Shown here: piece after piece, positions 29,191-39,109 of the stretch | Position numbering within the stretch: the first letter of the stretch is position 1 | Layout of the letters: the number at the start of each line of letters is the position of its first letter | Virus record (IMG/VR): IMGVR_UViG_3300035698_011431 | Coordinates: 1 to 64,000 of that record | Direction: 5' to 3' (one strand) | Length of the DNA stretch: 64,000 nucleotides | Origin: a virus | Taxonomy: Duplodnaviria > Heunggongvirae > Uroviricota > Caudoviricetes | The notes under the pieces: generated by a model | Databases searched by the model: none | Seen by the model: the letters and a program-made list of their open reading frames with translations, nothing else | What the model was told of the DNA's origin: nothing | Position numbers and translations under genes: made by a program

Positions 29191-29373
29191 ATGTACAAAT
29201 ACCAGCTACAATGACAAAATAGAAGGCCAACGGTGGTCTTACTAGGATAAATAGATTTTCTATTTTGTCCGTAGCTGGACCTAGTAACTACCGTTGGCTT
29301 TTTTAGTATTCAAATTACTTACTCTTCTTGAATTAAAATAAATACAAGAGTATCGCTTTAACGCCACTGATTT

Positions 29374-29523
29374 ATCAATTGAATAGAGTAGAAGTGTATA
29401 GGACACGCCCGCTGGACCTGCGGGATGTGGCAAAACCTTGAAGCAATAGTTGGTCACGCGACAGGGATTTAAAGTTAGACATAACCACCGCAAGTAACTC
29501 CTTGCCTACTCTATTCAATTGAT
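29374..29523 (+). ncRNA. structured element C: 150-nt hairpin closed by a perfect 18-bp inverted repeat ATCAATTGAATAGAGTAG / CTACTCTATTCAATTGAT, with GCAAG-TAACTC-CTTGC before the 3' arm
   Basis: read directly. Confidence 0.45.
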
Positions 29524-29556
29524 AAACAAACGCTAAAGTTCTTTTATAAATTAAGT

Positions 29557-29666
29557 GAGAGAGCGATAAGTTAGTTCTTATATGAAAACAAGTCCCAGGT
29601 GGAAACTCTTCAGAGACAAATTCCTGGTGGAAACCCTTACAAGGTGCAAATCCTTGCCTCTCTCCC
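29557..29666 (+). ncRNA. tRNA-like structured element D (GAGAGAG ... CAAGG-TGCAAAT-CCTTG-CCTCTCTC; internal direct repeat CCAGGTGGAAAC)
   Basis: same 3' module and CCCTTAGTTTTTAAAAC tail as element A. Confidence 0.4.
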
Positions 29667-29883
29667 TTAGTTTTTAAAACATTTGCATTAAATACTAATT
29701 AAGGTTATAATATACTTAATTGAATAGAACTCCGATGCCAAACGGAGAATAAACTGATACACGAATGAGAACGTTGTTTTTAACGACGATCCTAATCCTT
29801 ACATATTTGGCAAAAGTGTGTATCGATTTGGATTAGGAGCCGTTAAAAGTAACGTTTTTTTTATATTCTAATAAATAAAAATA

Positions 29884-30732
29884 ATGACAGGGGTCATGTC
29901 TGAAGGTTATGGAATCTTACCTAAAAAGATTCTAAAAGATAAAGAATTATCGAGTACAGCAAAACTTTTATATGTTCTTATAAGTTCATTAACTGCTAAA
30001 ACAGGATATTGTTATGCAAATAATAAATACTTGGGAAAAGAAATGGGCATTAGTGAAGTACAAGTATCGAACACCATTAAAAGGCTAGGCAAATACCTAG
30101 TAATTGAAGATCCAAAGTCTCATAAAAGGATAATCAACCTTAAAGAAAACTTTAAGGAACCACAAAGAAAACTTAAAGGTTCCTTAAAGAAAACTTTAAG
30201 GAACCACAAAGAAAACTTTAAACATAATAGTATAAGTAATAATAGTATAAAAGAAGAAGAAGGAAATTCTCCTTCTTTGGAAGAACCCACATACGTAACA
30301 GATAGAACGAGCATAAAGGAAAGTATTGGTGTATTAAAGGCGCAATTAGGGGAGAAAGCTATACAAACGGCTGATAACTATAAGCCAGACCATGATCCAC
30401 CTAACAAGCACAAGAAAAGGAGAAGCCGTTCCGAGTTACAATTATGTTATGACTATTTGTTAAGGGAAGGAGCGAGATTATTTAAGATAGAGGGGTGGAA
30501 TCCAGGACCGCAACGAAAAGCTATTCGGGCGATAATAGACAGATATCCTGATAAGTCAATTGAATATTTTAAAAAAGAAATAATAGACAGGGCAAACAAA
30601 ATGATTGAAGCTGGTTGGGTAGATGTATATGATTTTTCTAATCTAAATATACACTGGCACAAATTTGGAGAACAAAAGGTTGTTGGCAATACAACTGAAT
30701 TAAAGACAGCAGAGGAACTTCTAAAAAATTAA
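29884..30732 (+). CDS. replication initiator / replisome organiser (N-terminal HTH), containing a 36-bp x2 DNA direct repeat (ori candidate)
   Basis: The N-terminus LPKKILKDKELSSTAKLLYVLISSLT...GYCYANNKYLGKEMGISEVQVSNTIKRL is typical of phage initiators. The gene lies directly upstream of DnaB. Perfect direct repeats occur at 30139-30174 and 30183-30218. Confidence 0.5.
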   Translation: MTGVMSEGYGILPKKILKDKELSSTAKLLYVLISSLTAKTGYCYANNKYLGKEMGISEVQVSNTIKRLGKYLVIEDPKSHKRIINLKENFKEPQRKLKGSLKKTLRNHKENFKHNSISNNSIKEEEGNSPSLEEPTYVTDRTSIKESIGVLKAQLGEKAIQTADNYKPDHDPPNKHKKRRSRSELQLCYDYLLREGARLFKIEGWNPGPQRKAIRAIIDRYPDKSIEYFKKEIIDRANKMIEAGWVDVYDFSNLNIHWHKFGEQKVVGNTTELKTAEELLKN

Positions 30733-30748
30733 AATATAATTTAATTTA

Positions 30749-32053
30749 ATGATCAAACAGATAAACGAAATTCCAAAATGTATTGAGACGGAAAAAGCGT
30801 TGTTGGGATGTCTAATGAATAATCCCCAAGAAGTTATAACACAAGTAAATGATCAAATAACTTTTGATGATTTCTGGGATATTACATACAAGAATATATA
30901 TAAGTCTGCTGAGTTTATTTATAAAAGAGATGGGAGTGTAGACATAGCGGTATTAAGAGAGAATACAAATATCAAGGCAACCGTATTGGCAAGCATATTA
31001 AATTATCCTTTTTCTTTAACTGAGATTCAAGATTATATCAAGAGGATAAAGAACGCTTCTAACCTTAGAAAGTTAATAAATGCAGGGGCAAAGATACAAG
31101 AATTGGGGAAATCGGAAGGGGACATAGATAATATCTTACAAGAAGGGACAAAGTTATTGTCAGATATTGACTACAAAGAGAATGACAGGCAGAAGAACAT
31201 GAATGAGATGTTAACGAATGCAATGCAAAGATATGAGGACAGGGTAAAGAATAAGGGAATGATTGGGATACCAAGTGGCTTTATAGATCTAGATAAATTG
31301 ATACACGGATTTAAGGAAAGCACTATGACGGTAGTAGCAGCAAGACCAAGTGTAGGGAAAACATCTTTTGTCTTAGACATGATTAGAAATATGATTAAAA
31401 AAGGATATTCGGCAATAATATTTAGTTTAGAGCAAAGTTATGAGGAGCTTATCGATAAACTTATATGTGCGGAAGGGGATATAGATCTTTGGAGAATGAG
31501 GGGTGGGAAAATAAATGAAGAAGTTGAAGGACAATATTCGGAAGCCCTTGGGATACTAGGGGATTGTAAATTAATTATAGATGACAGTAGTGCTATAACT
31601 CCAAATCATATTCGAACTACCTTGAAACAACAAATGGAGAGGCAGAAAATAGATATAATAGTAATTGATTATTTAGGATTGATGATGGCTGGATATAAGA
31701 CAAATAATATAACAGAAGAGATAACAAGGATTTCTCAGCAACTAAAATCAATATCAAAAGAGTTTAGGATTCCAGTGATTGTTATTTCTCAATTGAGTAG
31801 GAATATAGAACAACGGGGAGACAAGATGCCTAGATTATCAGATCTTAGAGATTCGGGATCGATCGAACAGGATGCTGATATAGTAATGTTTATTACAAGG
31901 GAATTTCAAAAACCAGAGGGTCAAGATTTATTTGATGTTGATATACAGATCCTCAAACATCGTGCAGGACCGATAGGGTTAGCACAATTATTATTTGATC
32001 CAAGCACTACAAGCTTCAAGAATAAAGTAAAACATGATGGTCCTTCATTTTAG
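30749..32053 (+). CDS. dnaB: replicative DNA helicase, DnaB family
   Basis: 434 aa; Walker A ARPSVGKTSFVLDM, the motifs IIDYLGLM and SQLSR, and a DnaB N-terminal domain. Confidence 0.8.
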   Translation: MIKQINEIPKCIETEKALLGCLMNNPQEVITQVNDQITFDDFWDITYKNIYKSAEFIYKRDGSVDIAVLRENTNIKATVLASILNYPFSLTEIQDYIKRIKNASNLRKLINAGAKIQELGKSEGDIDNILQEGTKLLSDIDYKENDRQKNMNEMLTNAMQRYEDRVKNKGMIGIPSGFIDLDKLIHGFKESTMTVVAARPSVGKTSFVLDMIRNMIKKGYSAIIFSLEQSYEELIDKLICAEGDIDLWRMRGGKINEEVEGQYSEALGILGDCKLIIDDSSAITPNHIRTTLKQQMERQKIDIIVIDYLGLMMAGYKTNNITEEITRISQQLKSISKEFRIPVIVISQLSRNIEQRGDKMPRLSDLRDSGSIEQDADIVMFITREFQKPEGQDLFDVDIQILKHRAGPIGLAQLLFDPSTTSFKNKVKHDGPSF

Positions 32054-32401
32054 GAATTAATTAAACAGGTAAGGAAACATGACTAAAGGAGAATATATTG
32101 AATGGACAAAAGAACTAGCAGGGTTTTGTAGATGGTTTCAAAAGAAATATAACACAGAATCTTTTCATTTAGGGAAATTTGAGAGAGGGGAATATTTTAT
32201 AGTTAGTCCTGTATTGGATAAATTAGTAGCAAATAGAGGGAAGAGATGGCCAGGGGATAATATAATAAAGATAAAAGAATTCAAAAAACAAGCACCTGTT
32301 TTAATATAAAATAAATCAATTTTTTTCCAAAGTTTTTCAAACGGTAAAATGAACGACCTAAGACACCGCATGGATAGTAGAGATACAGCCCTTTAAAATA
32401 T

Positions 32402-32430
32402 TTGACATTGTTTTCTCTTTGGTATATACT
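32402..32430 (+). promoter_or_regulatory. sigma70-like promoter TTGACA-17-TATACT with conserved leader TCATAATCAATTAA...CAAATG
   Basis: near-identical promoter+leader also at 54430-54488; same promoter core at 33224-33252. Confidence 0.5.
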
Positions 32431-32460
32431 TAATTCATAATCAATTAAATAAAAAAACAA

Positions 32461-32922
32461 ATGACTAGAGGTACGGGTTATATAATACAAGGGGATAAAA
32501 AAGGAAAGATTAAAATGTGGCAAACATGCGAATTTAATGGAGATATGTATAGGGAAAAAGAACATGGACATGGGGATAAATTCCTAAAAATGTTATCTAA
32601 AGTGGACGGTAAAGATAGTTTATTACAAATGGCTAAAGATTTTGACAAAGAAGAAGGGTTTGATTATCAAGAAAATTATAAAAATCATTTTAAAATATCA
32701 GAACTTAAGATTAAAGAATTAGAAGAACTTGAAATAGACTTTAACATAGATTATTTCGAAAGATTCTTTTCAGACTGGGTTTTTATAAAAAACACGACGT
32801 CTCTGAATTTCAAATTAATTACTGAAGACAATAAAAAGATCTTTTTACATAAAGAAGAAAGCATAGCTTTAAATTTTGGGAATATTGAGGGTCATTATAA
32901 AATAAAAGCTTCAAACCTATGA
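32461..32922 (+). CDS. hypothetical protein
   Basis: 153-aa ORF downstream of promoter. Confidence 0.4.
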   Translation: MTRGTGYIIQGDKKGKIKMWQTCEFNGDMYREKEHGHGDKFLKMLSKVDGKDSLLQMAKDFDKEEGFDYQENYKNHFKISELKIKELEELEIDFNIDYFERFFSDWVFIKNTTSLNFKLITEDNKKIFLHKEESIALNFGNIEGHYKIKASNL

Positions 32923-33227
32923 TAACTAAAGAACAGATATCACAACAGATTCAAGCATTAGATGAGAAATATTGTGGGGATGGAATACCAGCCTTAGAGA
33001 TATATCAAGCATTTGAATGGGAAAGGAACAGACAGATGGTACAAGTTAAGAAATTACAGGATAATTTGTGGAGGGATAAAATGGAAAAGTTGGAACTAGA
33101 GCATCGAATTCAATTATTAGTAGAAGAGATTGATGAGTTGAAAAATGGGGTGGATACCGAACCGAAAACAACGGAAGAACTAATGGACGATGAGTCATCT
33201 CAATCAATATCGAATAAGAATGTTTGA
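32919..33227 (+). CDS. hypothetical coiled-coil protein
   Basis: 102-aa ORF. Confidence 0.35.
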   Translation: MITKEQISQQIQALDEKYCGDGIPALEIYQAFEWERNRQMVQVKKLQDNLWRDKMEKLELEHRIQLLVEEIDELKNGVDTEPKTTEELMDDESSQSISNKNV

Positions 33228-33252
33228 CATTATTACCCCTTTGGTATATACT
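33224..33252 (+). promoter_or_regulatory. sigma70-like promoter TTGACA-17-TATACT (second copy of the CTTTGGTATATACT core)
   Basis: read directly. Confidence 0.45.
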
Positions 33253-33682
33253 GTATATAGATAAGGTTAATCTAGATCACCTAGCGAGCTTCCGCAGTTC
33301 GAGGATAAAACAAAAGATTAATCGGGTAACAACTCTATAATTAAAATAAACAAACATGGTTACATTTCAAGAGTTAATGGCAAAGATGGTAGAGAGGGGA
33401 AAACTTTCTAAAGAAGGAGCAGATTGGATGACAATAGAATTAAGAAAAGCAGAAGCAATAGAGAGATTAAAAATCTTGAAAAAGAAAAGAGTTCATTTAG
33501 AACAATGGGAGCAAAAAGCGGAATGGGATGGAAATGTATTAGTATTGGATAGGTTGACGTAGGTGAGGTGTTAATCAAAAAGAGGTATGAAATATCAACT
33601 TCGGCATTAAAGCCTCGCTAACATTATCGTACGAGCTAGAAACGTATAATAAGTATAACTTATAATTAAGAAAATGAAACAA

Positions 33683-33859
33683 TGAACTTTAGATTTAATA
33701 AAAAGGATAAAGAGAAATTGGTAGGAGTGAGATTGAATTTGAAGGATTGGAACGAGCTAAATGAGATTGCAAAAAACGAAAAGGCTACTTTAGCTGAGAT
33801 AATAAGAGTATTTATTGAAGAAGCAAAAGAGGAATATAATAATTTAGATAAATAACATA
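33683..33859 (+). CDS. small ribbon-helix-helix (CopG/Arc-like) DNA-binding protein, 58 aa
   Basis: MNFRFNKKDKEKLVGVRLNLKDWNELNEIAKNEKATLAEIIR: beta-strand then two helices; below ORF-track cutoff. Confidence 0.35.
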
Positions 33860-35021
33860 ATGAATAATCAAGATTAAAAACTTAGCTTGCAGGAGACAAA
33901 TATTAAATTAACAAAAATTGTTTAGTTGTTGTTGTTATTATTAGAATGTTTGTTCTATCCTAGACCCTTAGACCTCCTGCAAGTTAATTCTTTAATTAAT
34001 AAACAAATGACAGACAAACTACTAAGAGGATATTTCAAAGCAAACATGATAATAATACCTCCATTATGTTTAGTGGGATTTATTATATCAGTTCAGGGAG
34101 ATATGATATGGGAAGGGATAGTATTATTATTGATAGCGGTAGGGCATTTCTTCATTTCAAAATCATTATATAATAATATAGATAAGATATGAACATCATA
34201 AAAAGGCTAGAAAGAACAATCAATTCAGAGGTAATATTCTGTTGGAATAAAAAGATCAACTTAGAGACAGCAAAGAAAATAACCAAAATACAAAAAAAGA
34301 TAAAAGAGATATTACCAGAGGGATGGAATTATGAATATCATACAAACAAAACTAATTATACAGAGCATATAATTGAGAAGAAAGACGGGAGTTTAATTGA
34401 TATATTACATAACACAGAAAAAACATGAACATAAAAAGAGAGGACGCATATCCTAACATAACAGACTTAGCACGCGCACAATTAAGCAAATCAGATAAAC
34501 AGCCTATAAGAATGGATATAAACAAGCAATTAAAGATTTTAAAAGGAAGTTCCTTGAAGATAAAAGGGATGATCTGTATTTAACTACAAAAAAAATGTTA
34601 GAAAATAAAACAATGAAAAAGAGAATAGAATTTCTAGTAAATTATAAGCCTCCTATATCTAAACTGGGAAAGGAAATGGTTGGCGTACTTAGTCGCATGG
34701 ATCTAGGGATAAGTGGTGTAGAGTTACCACCAACAACAGAGAACTGGAGCTGGTCAACTACCGAGAAGGTGGATAATGAATATATTAAGAAGATGAAAGG
34801 AGTAATTCAAGAAGCTATCAATAGCCAAGGTGGTGAATTAATAAAAGTAAACTATTTACAATGACACTCCATCAAAAGTTAGTTAACAGAGCCTACGCAA
34901 ACAAAAGGCTCACCAAAAGAGAATATAGTAATCTATTAAAAGTAATAGATAAAGGAGACCTAGGGAGTGAGCAAGAATTTAAGATGATAGTTAACAAAAT
35001 TAATAGATAATAACATTGATA

Positions 35022-35199
35022 ATTAGAGTTTTATGGAGTAGTGGCGGAATAGTAGACGCATATATGAAGCGGATTCCAGTATAGTTACACTGTGGCGCAA
35101 CGGTAGCGCTTAGGGGTTTTCCCCTGCGGTTGTAGGTTCGAGTCCTACCAGTATGTAACATGCAAGGTCTTGTCCTTGCCTACTCCATTAAGCTCTAAT
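35022..35199 (+). ncRNA. tRNA-like structured element B: long terminal stem ATTAGAG..GGAGTAG / CTACTCC..CTCTAAT, A-type D-arm and T-arm modules, and a nested second cloverleaf-like insert (D-arm GCGC-AACGGTA-GCGC, T-arm GTAGG-TTCGAGT-CCTAC)
   Basis: read directly; anticodon-equivalent region of inner unit is a 4-nt-loop hairpin AGGGG-TTTT-CCCCT. Confidence 0.45.
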
Positions 35200-35251
35200 C
35201 ATCACAAAAACAAAAAAAACATGAATTATAATATAAAATTAATAAATAGAC

Positions 35252-35539
35252 ATGAAAGAATTAAGATTAGAGTTAAAAGTTGGGGAAGTTTTTACAAAAG
35301 AAAAGTCTGATAAGCTCATGGAATATATTAGAATACTTATTGATGGAGAGCGAAACTTATGGAAGCCTATAAGTAAAAAGAAGAGTTTATTGTTTAAGGA
35401 TAGATTGCTTAATTTTATGTTGAATAATGACACAAATGAAATGTCGTTAAGGGAGATTAGTAGGGCAGTTGGTGCAAAATATCCACAGAAGACGAAACAC
35501 CACCTTAATCGGCTTCATAAAGCAGGGTTAATAAAATAG
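35252..35539 (+). CDS. hypothetical protein, possible winged-helix DNA binding
   Basis: 95 aa, basic C-terminus KTKHHLNRLHKAGLIK. Confidence 0.3.
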   Translation: MKELRLELKVGEVFTKEKSDKLMEYIRILIDGERNLWKPISKKKSLLFKDRLLNFMLNNDTNEMSLREISRAVGAKYPQKTKHHLNRLHKAGLIK

Positions 35540-35569
35540 TAATAAAATTAATAATTAATAAATAATAAG

Positions 35570-36229
35570 ATGGATAAATATAAATTAACAGAAAACAAAA
35601 GAGAAGTATTTGGAATAACATTATTCCAAATAGAAGCATGTATTTCGTTTGGTAGTATTAACAAGGGAGAAAGAGGTGGATGGATAGAGAAGGAAGAAAA
35701 CTTGTCACAGGAGGGAGACGCAAGGGTTTCTGAAAACGCATGGGTTTATGGAGACGCAAGGGTTTATGGAAACGCAAGGGTTTATGGAAACGCAAGGGTT
35801 TCTGAAAACGCAAGGGTTTATGGAGACGCACAGGTTTATGGAAACGCAAGGGTTTCTGAAAACGCAAGGGTTTATGGAGACGCACAGGTTTATGGAGACG
35901 CAAGGGTTTATGGAGACGCAAGGGTTTATGGATACGCATGGGTTTCTGAAAACGCACAGGTTTATGGATACGCAAGGGTTTATGGAAACGCAAGGGTTTA
36001 TGGAAACGCAAGGATTTCTGGAAAGATAAAATTATTGGCAGGATTTTTCTTCGAGATGAGAAATAACAAAGAAGATATTAATTATAAAGAGGTAGATGAA
36101 GAAACGGAATTGATATATAAAGGGGATGCTAAGTTTGGTGAAGAAGAAGATGGTGAGGTTGAGATAAAAGTAGAAGGAAAAACAGTGAAGATAAGTCGTA
36201 AAAGTGCAAAAGCACTAAACTTGATTTAA
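35570..36229 (+). CDS. hexapeptide-repeat protein: ~16 tandem copies of (G-[DN]-A-[RQW]-V-[YS]), beta-helix candidate
   Basis: 18-bp DNA tandem repeat GGARACGCAMRGGTTTMT from ~35712 to 36012 inside the ORF. Confidence 0.5.
   Translation: MDKYKLTENKREVFGITLFQIEACISFGSINKGERGGWIEKEENLSQEGDARVSENAWVYGDARVYGNARVYGNARVSENARVYGDAQVYGNARVSENARVYGDAQVYGDARVYGDARVYGYAWVSENAQVYGYARVYGNARVYGNARISGKIKLLAGFFFEMRNNKEDINYKEVDEETELIYKGDAKFGEEEDGEVEIKVEGKTVKISRKSAKALNLI
35712..36012 (+). repeat. 18-bp tandem repeat x ~16.5
   Basis: read directly; generates spurious antisense and off-frame ORFs (35658..36011 -, 35748..36029 +). Confidence 0.85.
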
Positions 36230-36266
36230 CAAAATTAATAAATAATAAACAAAAATAACATTGATA

Positions 36267-36365
36267 ATTAGAGTTTTATGGAGTAGACCTGCGCAGGCCA
36301 TGGTAAAGCTATACTACGAGCGTAGCGAGCAAGTTCGAACCTTGCATGCTCCATTAAGCTCTAAT
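36267..36365 (+). ncRNA. tRNA-like structured element E (same 5' flank as B: ATTAGAGTTTTATGGAGTAG; canonical T-arm GCAAG-TTCGAAC-CTTGC; 3' ATGCTCCATTAAGCTCTAAT)
   Basis: read directly. Confidence 0.4.
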
Positions 36366-36419
36366 TATTACAAAAACAAAGGTTCAAAAATACTAATATA
36401 TGAACTACTAGATAGTTAG

Positions 36420-37184
36420 TTGGTATTATACGAACCACAAAAAAATATGTATAAAATTAAACATACGAGTATTAGTAATTTAAATAGACAGAACAAGAAA
36501 CGTCTTAAAAGAAAAAAAGAAAGTAAAACCCTAGCATTAACAGCAATAGCTACAATGCTAATTGTATTCATAGCATTAAAAGGAATAGACAAAATAAATG
36601 ATTATCAGAATAAGGTCATTGAAGACGGATTACAAAGAACAATGGATAGAGAAGAAAGCCGAAGGAATGTATCCGAAATTAATGAAGCAATCGTATATGC
36701 TGAAGAAGTATATCAAGAGGTACAGGAGCGAAAACGTATTGAAGAAGCTAAAAGAATCGAAGATGAAAGGCTTGAAAAGATACGTAAGGAAGCTGAAGAG
36801 AAAGCTAAGATTGAGGCGGCTAAACTTAAAGTTAGGGAAGAACAGGCGTCTAGGATTAAACTTGCAAAGGTAAAAAAGAAAACAGTACCTAAAGCGGTTA
36901 GTGGAAATATTCCCCAAATTATAAAGGATGCTAGTCGAAAATACGGAGTGAGTTATAATTTGATGATGAGAATAGCTAGATGTGAAAGTTCATTGAATCC
37001 GAGAGCTTTTAATGGAAAGAATAAGAACGGGACATGGGATGCGGGATTATTTCAGTTCAATTCTTGCCATGGGATTTCAAAAGAGAGGTTATTTGATCCT
37101 TATTATAATGCAAACTTAGCAGCAAGCTGGTTGAAAAATGGGACTAGCCCTTGGAATGCAAGTAAGCATTGCTGGAATAAATAA
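36420..37184 (+). CDS. membrane-anchored lytic transglycosylase (SLT domain) with coiled-coil linker
   Basis: N-terminal TM, then C-terminal RIARCESSLNPRAFNGKN...DAGLFQFNS (catalytic Glu-Ser and GLxQ motifs of SLT). Confidence 0.6.
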   Translation: MVLYEPQKNMYKIKHTSISNLNRQNKKRLKRKKESKTLALTAIATMLIVFIALKGIDKINDYQNKVIEDGLQRTMDREESRRNVSEINEAIVYAEEVYQEVQERKRIEEAKRIEDERLEKIRKEAEEKAKIEAAKLKVREEQASRIKLAKVKKKTVPKAVSGNIPQIIKDASRKYGVSYNLMMRIARCESSLNPRAFNGKNKNGTWDAGLFQFNSCHGISKERLFDPYYNANLAASWLKNGTSPWNASKHCWNK

Positions 37185-37207
37185 TATATAATTAAGTAAC
37201 AAAGAAG

Positions 37208-37717
37208 ATGTTTGGCATAAAATCAGCGAGTAGACAGATAAGTGCAAATACAAGACAAGCGGGAATGGATATTGAAGAGTCAATTGACACTGGAGCAGTG
37301 CAAGTATCTAGTGCTATTAATAAGCAAACCAAATCAATTGATAAACAAACCGAGGTAATGGAAGAGGGGGGTAGGGAAATAGCGTTAGCTATCTTAGATT
37401 CCTCTTGTTCAAATAAAGTTATTGAAGATTTATACGAGCTAATTTCGCAAGCTAAAAAAATAGAGCACAGTTCTTGGATGTCGTCTAATTATAGGGAGAA
37501 AAGAAATACATATACTGTCAATATACAAGATGTTCAGATAATTCTTAGTATATTTAGTTACCTTAATGTGCCAGGGTATACTTTAACTATGGAGATAGAA
37601 GATGAAAAGATTGACCTGACATTAAGGACACCATACCAAAACAAATGTATCTTAAACGCAATCAAAAGGAAGAAAGGAGCATTGGATATTAGGGAGAAAA
37701 TAACACAACCCAAGTAG
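37208..37717 (+). CDS. hypothetical protein
   Basis: 169-aa ORF. Confidence 0.35.
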   Translation: MFGIKSASRQISANTRQAGMDIEESIDTGAVQVSSAINKQTKSIDKQTEVMEEGGREIALAILDSSCSNKVIEDLYELISQAKKIEHSSWMSSNYREKRNTYTVNIQDVQIILSIFSYLNVPGYTLTMEIEDEKIDLTLRTPYQNKCILNAIKRKKGALDIREKITQPK

Positions 37718-39109
37718 TAAACTAATATATAATTAGTAATAAATAGATGAAAGTAAAATACGAAAGTCCTAAATATAAAGTTGGAGATATAGTAATATGT
37801 GGAACTGAGAATCCATATATGACTAAAATCATTTATGCAAGGTACGAGAATGGGAGTTGGCACTATTTTCTAGAGACGTTAAAGGAAGGTAGAGCAACAG
37901 GTTTGAATATACCTATGGTGGTATTTGATAATGGGATTCTAGAGAGAGTATCGTAGGTTTTAACTAATAATAAAAAGATGAGTAGTTATGAAAAGTTAAG
38001 GGATATAATAATAGAATACTTTGATTTACGAGAAGAGGGTGTTCCCAAAAAAATGAGAAAGAAGACGAAGCGGATGAGAGAACTTAAACATATTACGTTG
38101 CCATTAGTTTTGCAGTTTTTAGAAATGGAGAAGATTGCAGTGTTAAACTATTCTTATAGAGAGGGTTATGTGTTTTACGATAGCAAGGGAAGTCATCTTA
38201 ATATTGGTTGGGAGATGCTAAGCGATGACAATAGGGAGCTTACGTTACAAGATCAGTCCGTAGAGTTTATGGATAACGTATTATACTTAATGAACAAAGG
38301 TAATATATAATTAATAAGGTATATAGAATTAAAAGATAAGATAATTATATACAAAGAAAAAAAGATAACGAACTTTGATATATTAAAATTAATAAAATGA
38401 AAACATGCAACAAACAACGGCAATAATGTTACAAGAAGACGAGTTAAAATTAATACTTGAATCTTTAAATGAGAATGAGACGCATGCAACCAATAATATT
38501 TATAAATCGAGAAGGATAGAAGCATTGAAAGTTATTATAAAACAAACAATTAAATGTTTTTGAACGGTCTACGATTCAAGTTCAAAGGTAATATATAATT
38601 AGTAATAAATAGATGAAATATAAACTAGGAAAAAACGTACAAAAAGGTGATAAAATTTTGTTAGCAGGGAAATGGTATCAGATAGAAGAAAAGCTTGATG
38701 GATGTGTAAGTGTAGATAATGGCGGACAAGTTGCTTATGGAGAAGAAATTGAAGGTTGGAAACGTAGAGGAATGGATACTGAGGAGTATCTAGAGTTTAC
38801 CAGGTCAACTGAAAGAGTTATGAAGTATCTATACGATTATCATAATCCACACACAATAATTACCATAAATTGTAACTCTGCGGAAATCTTAGGAGGGCAA
38901 AGGATGCACAAAACAAATAAATATATAAAAGATTGATTAATAGGATGGATATTTAAGGCGATCTATGAAATACTCGGAGATTAAAGTAATGAGAGGGAGG
39001 AAATACGAGAAAAGATTGCTAAATTGGAGAAAGAATTAAACGCAAGGGATGTTCATTATTAGACGACTCAAGTAGTAAGGTAATAAATAATTAAAATTAA
39101 GAAAAAAAT

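Noticed and set aside
35658-36029. 117-aa minus-strand ORF (HKPLRF repeats) and 93-aa plus-strand alternate-frame ORF
   Set aside because: generated by the 18-bp tandem repeat; only the frame continuous with the unique N- and C-termini (35570..36229) is credible
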